Positions 22,218 to 31,742 of a stretch of 32,000 nucleotides of DNA are shown piece by piece; positions within the stretch are counted from its first letter, which is position 1; each line of letters starts with the position of its first letter. A model generated the notes under the pieces. That model did no database searches, was not told where the DNA came from, and worked only from the letters and a program-made list of their open reading frames with translations. Position numbers and translations under genes: made by a program. Origin of the DNA: Wallemia ichthyophaga EXF-994 (Eukaryota; Fungi; Basidiomycota); assembly GCF_000400465.1 (NCBI RefSeq), contig NW_008806290.1, positions 1 through 32,000 on the forward strand. The letters are read 5' to 3'.

Positions 22218-23537
22218 ATGAACCTGTACAGCGTCTGCAGTTATAGACCGCGGGCTGATAGATCACCTGGACTGGTCTACTACAGCGGGAGCAACCCACC
22301 CACTCGAATCAAAGGTGCGGATCGAGTGGCAGTTGAAGATTATCAGATAGCGCATAGAGAATCTAATCAGATTGCGCATAAAGAATCTAATCAGATTGCG
22401 AACAAGCAATCTAACAATATCCAACTCAGAGGCCTCATCAATCTCGGCAACCTCTGCTTTGCTAATTCCATCTTCCAGTCGCTGGTATTTTGCCAGCCAT
22501 TCTATCAAATGATGATTGGCCTGTCGACTCAGCTGCCCTTCTCCTTCAACAAAACTCCTTTGCTCGACGCTACCATTGCTTTTCTCCAGCAATTTAACCC
22601 CACCAACGACATGAACGACATGAACGACATTGGCGAACCTTTCACCCCCACTCTCATTTACGACGCTCTCAAGCAATACAACAGGTTCAATACCATCCAT
22701 CGTGGCCAACAGGAAGACGCTGAGGAGTTTCTTGGCTTCTTCTTGGACACCTTGCACGAGGAGTTGGTGAGCATATCTCCCAGGCTTAAGCCGCGGACTC
22801 GTTGGTTTGATGGAGTCGATAGCCCAGATGACTCCAACGAATGGCTCCAAGTGGGACACAAGAACAAAACGCTCAACAAACCCTCAACCCCGTCCAACCC
22901 CACTGAATCACCCATTTCCAAGTTGTTCGGTGGTAAATTCAGATCTACCCTCAAAACTCCGGGTCAAAAGGACTCTATCACCCTAGAGCCCTTCCAACCC
23001 CTTCAACTAGACATACAGCCAGATCACATACACTCCATAGAAGACGCCCTCCTCAACTTAGCCCAGCCAGAAACTATCCACGGCGTTTACTCCCCCTCCA
23101 AACAAGGCCCTGTCGACGCAACTAAACAAGTCACTATAGACACTTCCCCACCTATCCTCATTATCCACCTCAAGCGCTTCTTATATCACAGCGTCGGCGG
23201 CGTTATGAAAAGCAACAAGAGAATCACTTACCAACCCACTCTCTCCATCCCCAACTCCATCCTCTCCCCTTGGAATACTCCCGCTGATGGTCTCCATTAT
23301 AGATTATTCGCTGTTGTCTATCATCATGGCCAAAATAGTGGCTCTGGTCACTACACTATAGACGTCCTACGCCAAGATCTCAAGCAATGGGTGCATATTG
23401 ACGATATTGTTATGAACTTCCTCGATGAAAATCATGTCGTGGAGACGGAGTATGGTAGCAGTGGTAACAATAACAGCAATGGTAGCAGCGCAAACAACGA
23501 CAAGACAGCTTACTTACTTCTCTACAGCAAGATGTAG
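22218..23537 (+). CDS. UBP3: Ubiquitin-specific protease (USP/C19), Ubp3/USP10-like, with a short N-terminus
   Basis: Cys box RGLINLGNLCFANSIFQSL, GQQEDAEEFLGFFLDTLHEE, EWLQVG.KNK, ESPISKLFGGKFRS, EPFQPLQLDI, LIIHLKRF, and His box YRLFAVVYHHG...GHYT...WVHIDD, ending AYLLLY. The start codon is uncertain. Confidence 0.85.
   Translation: MNLYSVCSYRPRADRSPGLVYYSGSNPPTRIKGADRVAVEDYQIAHRESNQIAHKESNQIANKQSNNIQLRGLINLGNLCFANSIFQSLVFCQPFYQMMIGLSTQLPFSFNKTPLLDATIAFLQQFNPTNDMNDMNDIGEPFTPTLIYDALKQYNRFNTIHRGQQEDAEEFLGFFLDTLHEELVSISPRLKPRTRWFDGVDSPDDSNEWLQVGHKNKTLNKPSTPSNPTESPISKLFGGKFRSTLKTPGQKDSITLEPFQPLQLDIQPDHIHSIEDALLNLAQPETIHGVYSPSKQGPVDATKQVTIDTSPPILIIHLKRFLYHSVGGVMKSNKRITYQPTLSIPNSILSPWNTPADGLHYRLFAVVYHHGQNSGSGHYTIDVLRQDLKQWVHIDDIVMNFLDENHVVETEYGSSGNNNSNGSSANNDKTAYLLLYSKM
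22341..22412 (+). repeat. Three imperfect 24-bp tandem repeats (AATCAGATTGCGCATAAAGAATCT) encoding (N/Y)QIA(H/N)(K/R)(E/Q)S
   Basis: Directly visible: tatcagatagcgcatagagaatct / aatcagattgcgcataaagaatct / aatcagattgcgaacaagcaatct, just upstream of the USP Cys box. Confidence 0.85.
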
Positions 23538-23638
23538 ATTATTCACCTTACTCCCTGCACACTGCAAACTGCATACTGCTTTGTTGGATACAAATAAATA
23601 CAAATACATAACAGCTCTTAGGAATCAGTCAATCTCCT

Positions 23639-25232
23639 CTAAAACGTCACCCTCTCCCCCTGTTTGGGTCTGTAAAAACGCACTCCGAGGTTTTGTGTGG
23701 CTGGGTTACTCTCGAGCTCCGATAGTATCCTCTCACCCACCACATCACACCCTAACATGGGATCCTCTTTGACGTGAGTTATCGCAATGGTGAGCCCTTG
23801 TAGTGGTCTGCTCGTCGTGTGTCTGTGCACTCCAAATCCCTCATTGTACCCGGTTCTCGATGCGTGGTTGAGCCCGCCGAAGAGCGCCTTATTCACTGCC
23901 TGGCTCGCTTGATGCGAGAGGGGGTGTGAGGGTGTGTCGAGGGCGTTGTCGATGGGTGAGTGAGTGTGGTTGTGCTGAGCAGCTGTGATATCTTCATCAG
24001 CATTAGCATAACCTTGATCACTCCCGCTCCCACTCCCCCCACCCACGCTAAACTCGCTCGTATTGACACTACGTAGCTGCTCTACACCCATCCGCCTAAA
24101 CCTCTCCACAATAATTGCAAGCGTCTGTAGCTCATCGACCAGCAAATCAGGCTTGAGGTGACCAAAGAGAAGGTGGTTCGGCCGGGCGTTGGTGTAGCTG
24201 CATTCTATCCACACCCACCGCAACTCATCCAGCACGAATCGCCTTGCGGCCTCCGCCCACACGGGTTTATTGCGCGGGAGTGTGCTTATCGCATCCGGCT
24301 CTACATCTCCCCAGAAGAGGAAACTGAAGCTCTTTTGCCATTTGTGCGCAGAATCTGAATGCTTCTCGACGAAATAAGCTATACTATCATATACCTCGTT
24401 AGGGTCTTTCTCTACCTGCACAGCAGCGCGTGTGCGTGCATCCGCCACTAAACCCACAGTGCCGTGCGAGATTGGGAAAGGAGTGCACGAAAAGGTGTGA
24501 TTGGCGGTATGTGAAGGTGTGCCACTCACACTCCCACTACCTGCATCATGCACATACCCAGGCACGTCGAATTGCGCAAAAGGTTCTATCTGCATATACT
24601 GCAACCGTTCAACGAGCCCACCACAACTGGCCCAGCTAGCCAGCGCGGGCCAGAGCAGCCCACCGAAAGCCACCTCAATCCCTTTCAAAGTCTTCTCAAA
24701 GCCTACGAGACGCTTGCACGCGCCAAACTTGATCGAGCTGTTAATCACCAGTCCGGCAAGGTGGTCGAGGTGTGGGTGAGTGATCAGATAGGCTGTGATA
24801 CTCGTGTAGATCCGTGAGGCGAGCCGGTAGCTGTCTGTATCGTGTCGGGTGTCTGCGGTGACTTTCTTGTGGGCGGTGTCATTCGAGTCTGCCTTCGAGC
24901 TAGCCCCCTCGTACTCGTCGCCCGGTAGAGCCTCCCGCAAATCATCCACGATGCTGATATCCGAACGTATCGCCCGCGATAAGGCCCCCACACCCGAACC
25001 GGCATCTATCGCTACACAGCCATCGTCCCAGGGCTGGTGATGTGATTTGAATATGTAGCTGCGTGTGCGTTGGTGTTAGGTTTTGGCTCCGTGCGTGTCG
25101 CCGTCGCCTCACTCACCTCGATAAATTACCCTCATCTGGCCCTCCGCCTACGCCGACGCAGATCATGTCGAAATGCGGACCAGCGTATGCATCGTGTGTG
25201 TTTTGTGTGTTTTGTGTGTTTGTTGAGTCCAT
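23639..25232 (-). CDS. PDE1: Class II (low-affinity) cAMP phosphodiesterase Pde1, metallo-beta-lactamase fold, about 511 aa, 2 exons
   Basis: Exon 1 (25232-25117) encodes FDMICVGVGGGPDEGNLS. Intron 25059-25116. Exon 2 encodes SYIFK...AIDAGSG, the class II signature YLITHPHLDHLAGLVINS, FPISHG, FLFWGDVEPD, IECSY...HLLFGHLKP and ITHVK. Confidence 0.93.
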
Positions 25233-25246
25233 CTTGGTGTGCGTGT

Positions 25247-25271
25247 TGCGTTCTGCGTTCTGCGTTCTGCG
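25247..25271 (+). repeat. (TGCGTTC)x3 heptamer tandem repeat in the PDE1/orphan divergent gap
   Basis: TGCGTTC at 25247, 25254 and 25261, plus a partial fourth copy (TGCG). Confidence 0.85.
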
Positions 25272-25328
25272 ATGGTGGTTGCGGACGACGACGATCATTA
25301 AACCATAATCAATTGAGTGATATACACA

Positions 25329-26405
25329 ATGAGCTCTATGAGGCCGTCTACTCACAATACAGACAACGCCAGTGTCTCCGGCGATAGCTTTACAGAGGAC
25401 GAATACGACGAGCATGAGCATTATGGGCACTCCAACCGGGCTAAAGAGAGCAACATTACTAAATGGACTAATTTCATCAACTGGCGTAACACCAGTGGCA
25501 GTCGCAGTCGCAGTCGCAATCACAATCACAACCCCACAGAGGCCGGTAGAGGGAGAGTGATATCGCAGAGTGACACCCTCGAACAGGAAGCACGTCTCGA
25601 GCGCGACAGATCCAAATTCGAAGCAGGCGTCATACTCCACATCGAGTCAGCCACCCAAGATACACACCAACTCATACACGCTCAATCCCGGAGGCTAGAT
25701 AGTGTGGACAGTGCGGCTGATGGTGTCGCTCTCAGATTAGATAATGTCGACGCGCACATCAACGCCCTCGATACGCAGTCGGACTCAGTTAATGCGCGTT
25801 TGGAGGTGATTGAAAAGGACAGCACAAATCAATCTCCACATTCAGATGCCCTCGCAGATCGGATCGCTGCGCAGGACCATCTCATACACTCCCTCCAACT
25901 CGCTAACCAACATCACCAACATACCATCTCCACACAGGAAAATCAACTCTGCGATTTGCGCTCGGTCGTCAGTAAACTACAGTCCGACCTTAGAGGCCTT
26001 TCTGTCTTGGCTCTTGAACGGATACAAGGTTTGGAGAAGAGTGTTGAAAAAAATACTGAAAAGAATGCCGAAATTAAGTCTGAGAGGAACCTCAAAGAGA
26101 AGGCTGAAAAGAGTACTGAAAATGTTGTTGAAAGTAACCCAGACATAAGCAATGACAAAACCACAGACAGACACACAGACAACCCCAATGGCACCCCTTA
26201 CCACCGCAAAATTACCAGCTTTTCTAGCCTCAGGGATGAGAATACACCGTCATCTACAACAAGGTCACCCGCAATAAAGCCACCCACTACAAACCCAACA
26301 AACACGAAATCACCCACTAAATCTCAAACCCCACTCAGGCGACCACCTGGCTCTCCTGTCAAACAATCTCCAGCCATCCAAGCCAAAGCAAAGCAATTCA
26401 CCTGA
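25329..26405 (+). CDS. Hypothetical protein with a central coiled coil and a Ser/Thr/Pro/Lys-rich tail, about 358 aa
   Basis: Uninterrupted ORF with ATG at 25329. Heptad-like region RLDSVDSAADGVALRLDNVDAHINALDTQSDSVNARLEVIEK...LRSVVSKLQSDL, and microsatellite-derived SRSRSR/NHNHN tracts. No recognised domain. Confidence 0.65.
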   Translation: MSSMRPSTHNTDNASVSGDSFTEDEYDEHEHYGHSNRAKESNITKWTNFINWRNTSGSRSRSRNHNHNPTEAGRGRVISQSDTLEQEARLERDRSKFEAGVILHIESATQDTHQLIHAQSRRLDSVDSAADGVALRLDNVDAHINALDTQSDSVNARLEVIEKDSTNQSPHSDALADRIAAQDHLIHSLQLANQHHQHTISTQENQLCDLRSVVSKLQSDLRGLSVLALERIQGLEKSVEKNTEKNAEIKSERNLKEKAEKSTENVVESNPDISNDKTTDRHTDNPNGTPYHRKITSFSSLRDENTPSSTTRSPAIKPPTTNPTNTKSPTKSQTPLRRPPGSPVKQSPAIQAKAKQFT

Positions 26406-26486
26406 GCACCTACTAAATATGTTTTGTTTAAATTATCCTCAAACTAATCTAATACATGCTAATAATTTATATCTACCCACTAACCA

Positions 26487-28575
26487 CTACGCATCCGGTA
26501 AGCCCTCCATTACAATGGGTTTTCGACTTTTGGTCATCTTCTTGCTCCGCTGCTTACCCAGCCAATGTACATTCTCGAGTACATACTCAATACCCTTCTC
26601 CGTCCTCAACTTCAAGTCCTGCGCTACGCTGCGTTTCGTGTAGTCAAGCGTGAATCTGAAACTGAGCCAGGTGTAAAGTACCAGTGATCTGTGCAAACTT
26701 TCTAGCGTGTTGAGTGTGTCGGGTGTCAGTGGTGTTTGATGGGCTGGATTCTTCATCACCCTCTCTACAGCTTCCAGTTGCGCCAATCCTAACCCATTCA
26801 GTGACACTTCTGGATCTATTGTCTCACTTTGCGCTTGAGAGTCTATAAACCGACATGACGCGGCCACCACATTGGCATCACGAGTGTTGCATGGCGCCAT
26901 AGCGAACCTGAATGCCTCCTCCAGAGGTAATTGTGAAAGCGGTTCACTCGCTATATCTGCCATCTGCAGAAAGTTGGTATTTGATGTGACAAAGTAGTTG
27001 TTAGACACTTTAATCAGACTTGTGAGCGTTTTTATCAAATCCCCAAGTGATGGCCTCGCTGGCATGAGATTGTTGATTTCTTTGAGTGTGTCACTCGATA
27101 CACCAATTGCTGCTTTGTTGATTGTTGGTATTTCTGCATTGATCGCTCTTTCTAATATCTGCAAATCCATAGGATTGAGCGTTGTAGCTACACCCGACTC
27201 ATCATCCACCTCTTGTATAGCCGCATTGTTGGTTTCAATCACATTTTCCTTCTCATTCACTCCATATCTACCTGCTCTCCCAGCGATTTGCTTCATCTGT
27301 GATATCGAAAGAGGTACTTCTTTTGTACCATTCCATTTGTGTACTGTCTCGAACACAACACGTCGAATCTTCCTACATTGACCTATCAATTTCGCAGCAA
27401 AGTTGAGATGAATGGACCCACAGATTCAGCCCCATTCCAATAGCGTCAGATGCAACCATAACATCATACCCGCTATCTTTGTCGTTGAAGAGCTTCGCTT
27501 GCTCCGCGCGAGTTTCAGGAGGGAGACCACCGTAAGCAACTGCGCAGCGTAGCCCGGTCAAGTCCTCAATCTTCCTCTTGAGTGCCCAAATGCCAGTCCT
27601 GCTGAAAGTGACCACACAGTCACCCTTTTTGACATTCTTCAATGTGCTCAGTGGTTTGCCCACTCGCAACTCAGTCAAACGTTTGTAGCGATTGACGACG
27701 ATCTCGTCTCCGGTTTCCTTAGCTATCCTCTCCATCAACCCAACGACGGTCTCTTCACCGCATATATGCAGCTCCTTTGCACGCATACCTAACACGGCTG
27801 ATGTCCACGCAGGACCTCTACTGTCATCTGCTATCAACTGAATCTCATCAATCACACCAACATCTATTTCATGATCTAGGGGTACCATTTCCACTGTACA
27901 GCTTTTCAAGCCTGATTCTGCATCAACTATGCGCACTTCTTCACCTGTATATAAGTTGCACGATTTCGGTGGACCTGGTGGGAGTGGTTTACCATCTGGA
28001 CCCATTCCAGGACTAATAGAGCCTTGGTTTAGACGGAGGAATATTTCATGAGCGAGTAATCTCAACGGACCTGCATAAATACCAGTCTTGGCTTGTGATA
28101 GTGCTAATATCGCGCTATGAGTTTTTCCACTGTTAGTTGGACCAACGTGCAGTATCAACTTTCTACGCATCGTTCTAGCTTTTGAGTATTTTAGAGCAGG
28201 TTGACGAAAGTCTGTGATTGGGAGTACGCTTGGGACATTATCGCTAACGAGTCGCTGCTGGACAGCCCTCTCAATCAATTTACCACGGGATACCGCCTCT
28301 GTTACCGGCTTTGAGTTGAAATCCCAACCTAAGGCTTGCAAGTCGGATAAAGAGTTGGATCTGATTTCATTTAACGCACTTTCTCTGAATTGAGATAATT
28401 TATGCTTGGCTGATGCGCCTGAGATGCCGAAATGACTGAGAAGCTTTGTTGCGTCTCGCGATCTGCAGTATTCTTGCAAGACGTAATCAATTTTATCCTT
28501 TAGATTAGAAGGAGAGGAATTTCCCTTGGAATTGGGATGCAGTTTGCTTCTAAGCAAAAGCCAGGTTGAGTGCAT
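26487..28575 (-). CDS. SUV3: Mitochondrial ATP-dependent RNA helicase Suv3, about 679 aa, 2 exons
   Basis: Intron 27373-27421. Motifs: RKLILHVGPTNSGKT, YAGPLRLLAHEI, SCTVEM, VIDEIQLIADDSRGPAW, GDCVVTFSR, AVAYGGLPPETRAEQA, VASDAIGMGLNL/KIRRVVF and KQIAGRAGR. Confidence 0.95.
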
Positions 28576-28696
28576 CCACTTGGGCTGATTTGGTGGTTAT
28601 GGGATAAGGAGAGGCTAGAGTGGGAATATAAATATTTCATAGCTCATTATAGCTCATAGACATACCTTCCTCTCCCTCTCCCAACAACCAAAACAA

Positions 28697-29554
28697 ATGA
28701 AAAGAAGTGTAAATCACTACGATAACACCCTACCAAGCATCATGACACTCCCAAATGAGCTTTTAATGATGATTGCCGAGTTTTCTCCGAAACTCTCCTT
28801 AACTTGCCGACGCTGCTACAATCTCGGCTCAAGGTACCAACCGGTTATTACAGCAATCTATGGACCTAATCCACCCAAGCTGGATAAGCATAATGCTGAT
28901 AAGTCTCATCATATGACTCTCAGACGTTTTAACGGCTATCTTAATGATCTCATAAACGATGACGAAAAAGCCAAATTGATAACGCAAGTAATGTACAAGC
29001 ACAATGGATCAACTTACGATATAGAATGTGATACACTGGAAAAGTTTAGCAGACTTGAAAATCTATCAAGTATGGCTTATCAGACAGATTTCATTGATTG
29101 CAGAAGTGTTGCAAAGTTTGACAATTTCATCAAATTACAACAACTTAACCTAAAATTGAATTACATTCCAAGATCTTTGAACCACTTTATTACGAGACTG
29201 ATGCAGATTTCCAATTTGCAGTTACTCGCAATAGACATTCCCTGCAATAATTACAGCGAAGGTGGGGTTTATGAACAATTAGCTGAGTTGGAAGATATTT
29301 CAACTTATATTCCAGTTAGAGATAACTTTAAGCTCGTTATTAGATTTTGTCATTGCATCACTTGCAAACACCTTGACGACTCTTACGATATGAACTCATT
29401 CACTATCGTCTTTGCAAAGTGTCCGCTTTGTAGGAATCACTTCATTTTCGCTTCAAGCAGACATACTATTTACTCTACTCTATCGAAAGCATACGGCTGG
29501 CTTGATAATAGATACTTTATCAAGCGTAAACTTAGAGAAACTCAACGGTTCTGA
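28697..29554 (+). CDS. Hypothetical F-box-like protein, 285 aa, intronless
   Basis: Intact ORF with an N-terminal F-box-like motif (IMTLPNELLMMIAEF...LSLTCRRCY.L), LRR-like Leu spacing in the middle and Cys/His clusters near the C-terminus. Confidence 0.6.
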   Translation: MKRSVNHYDNTLPSIMTLPNELLMMIAEFSPKLSLTCRRCYNLGSRYQPVITAIYGPNPPKLDKHNADKSHHMTLRRFNGYLNDLINDDEKAKLITQVMYKHNGSTYDIECDTLEKFSRLENLSSMAYQTDFIDCRSVAKFDNFIKLQQLNLKLNYIPRSLNHFITRLMQISNLQLLAIDIPCNNYSEGGVYEQLAELEDISTYIPVRDNFKLVIRFCHCITCKHLDDSYDMNSFTIVFAKCPLCRNHFIFASSRHTIYSTLSKAYGWLDNRYFIKRKLRETQRF

Positions 29555-29818
29555 TCCCCTCAATCCTCAATCTTTTATACCAACATTAATCTGCCTTATA
29601 TCTACTTAACTCTATCTTTTTGTATTGTACCATGAATTCATAGCTTGTTTGACGACTCGGGCATTGTCTGTTGATCTTTGTTTGTAAGAAATTTTTACTG
29701 ATCAACAGTAATGCTCGGATCAAGATGGAGAGTTGATAAAATGTAACAGTGACCCTGACGGCTTCAAGATAACATGGAATAAAAAGTAGGACATGAACAG
29801 ATACTCCGCAAAAATTAA

Positions 29819-29899
29819 GGGTTCGACAGGGATTTGAACCCTGGACCTCTCGCAAATTGGTGTCCCAAAGCGAGAATCATACCCCTAGACCATCGAACC
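29819..29899 (-). tRNA. tRNA-Pro (anticodon UGG) with a 9-nt canonical-position intron
   Basis: Minus strand reads GGTTCGA-TGGTCTAGGGGTATGATT-CTCGC-TT-TGG-G-[acaccaatt]-T-GCGAG-AGGTC-CAGGGTTCAAATCCCTG-TCGAACC-C. Acceptor stem, A box, B box and anticodon stem all pair. A T5 Pol III terminator lies at 29810-29814. Mature length is 72 nt; the intron is 29855-29863. Confidence 0.95.
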
Positions 29900-30583
29900 G
29901 ATGTCTATTGCGAGCATTTTTATTTATATATTTCTGTTTTGTACAAAGTGGACGTTAATGCCTATTAGCTAGAAATAAGCACAATTATCGTTGCGCAGTC
30001 GCATGAATCTATAAAACGCTGTCTCTCATACTAAAAAAGAAGGCCAATTAAGTAAATATTTGATATACATTTAATCAGGTCAGTAATATTCTCGTTTAAC
30101 TTTCATAATGTATACAAAGTAAAATAAAGCACAAAGGACATGTGAAATTCGTAGATCGTTCGTCTATGACAGGAATTTAGCCCATAATGATAATAATCTG
30201 CTTGGAATATCAGTCAGTATGTTTCTCTCAGATATAGCTGAGAATAGCTGAGGTGCATAGAGTTCAGTCAAAAAGGCATAGTTTGTCGTCAATTTTGATT
30301 CAGACGCAACTTACTTAAGAGTACCATCATGATACTCTGTGCAAGTCCCAGCTACTCCAACTGAAACTCACCTTAATGCTCGAACCACTCTCCTGTGTTG
30401 TGGAGTGGTATGGCTATCAATTTATAATTCTCATCTTTTCAAATTTGATTGATGATGGAAGTTCAAGTAGAAAAGAAGTAGAGGTAGAATATGGGTCATT
30501 AAAATGCAATGTATTGATTAGAATAAATGCGATGCGAGTTTTTTATCGAGAACGAGGGCAATCAAGAGAGCAATTCAAATCAT

Positions 30584-31521
30584 TTACAGCACTTTATCGA
30601 TAATCTTCACTTAGTTAGTATGGTAAGACTCAAATCTATATGAACCCAGCTCACATGAATCACACCATTAGACAGTAAGATGTCAGTTCTGAGTATATTG
30701 GCAGTAGTATACCCGTCATTCCCGACGACTTTCTTCCTACCGTCGAGACCATTAACGATAGCGACGCAGGTACCATAGAGGGTCTCCAGGGACATACCAT
30801 CGACGAGATCAGACGAATAGATGAGAGTTCTATTAGTAGAGAAGTGTCTCAGCGCGATATCGCGCTTATTGTCTTGGTGATTTTGTTTATTGTGATGATG
30901 GTGCTCATAAAATGCCTGAGATGTAGGCACGAAAGCTGTAACACCGGTCATGCCCCTAATTACATGCGCGAGAAAAGCGCTAGAAACAAAATCGGCAACT
31001 TGGTCCATCTTCATGGCTGAGAGAGTATTGAAAAAATCTTCAGGGATCTGGATCAATTGCGGTATTGTCCATATGTGAAGGTGCATGTAGGATGACTTGG
31101 CTTGAACACACAGACGAGAGAGAGGAGTAACGATTGTTGTGAAACTCCCATTTACGTCAACGATGAGTGATTGTGTGGGGTGCGAGTGGGGCAGGTCAGT
31201 GTATCTCGTGAGAAGGCTAGGTGAAACGTATCTGCCATTACGATTGGGTATCCAAACATCGAGTATATGGTAATTTAGTAGATCCTGGAGGTCGCTCGTG
31301 CTTAGTTGTGATATTCCGCTGCCGTGAAAAGCTTCATTGAGGGGTGCGAGTAGTGTTATTTGTTTTGAAGAAATGTGTTTATCGCTGCCGCTGCCACTAC
31401 TAGTACTTGCCAATTTCAGTTCAAATATCTCAGGTACCTGGCCAACGAGAGTGGCCATCGTGCTCGCATTTAGATAGTTCAGAGCGTGAACAAGACCATT
31501 TGCGAAAGTGGATAGTGGCAT
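30584..31521 (-). CDS. Fasciclin (FAS1) two-domain protein, about 295 aa, 2 exons
   Basis: H1 motifs ITLLAPLNEAF and VTAFVPTSQAF, YH motif LLNYHIL. Intron 30605-30654 (GTGAGC...CTAAC...AAG) completes the H2 motif SNGVIH/IIDKVL immediately before the stop. Confidence 0.82.
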
Positions 31522-31742
31522 TAATGGGATTTTGATGGTGAGAGTGTAAGCCTTGTTTTTGCTTTGTGTGTATCGTGTAAATCATGTGTGGCTAGAAGTG
31601 ACTATTTGTTGGGTAAATCAGGTGGACACGTGATAACAAATATAATCTGGACACTCCAATAGACATTTGTATTTTCAGCCAATTATTATCCCTGTATTGT
31701 CCATTTCTTGGTTGAATTCGTACAAAAATCCCGGCGAGACCA

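Noticed and set aside
2228-25232. RGS-LOV plus PDE1 as a light-G protein-cAMP gene cluster
   Set aside because: They are about 19 kb apart with many unrelated housekeeping genes between them. A functional link is conceivable, but the sequence gives no evidence of clustering.
30376-30603. 75-aa plus-strand ORF between the tRNA and fasciclin genes
   Set aside because: It is short, overlaps the fasciclin 3' end and has no motif. A small spliced gene cannot be excluded but is unsupported.
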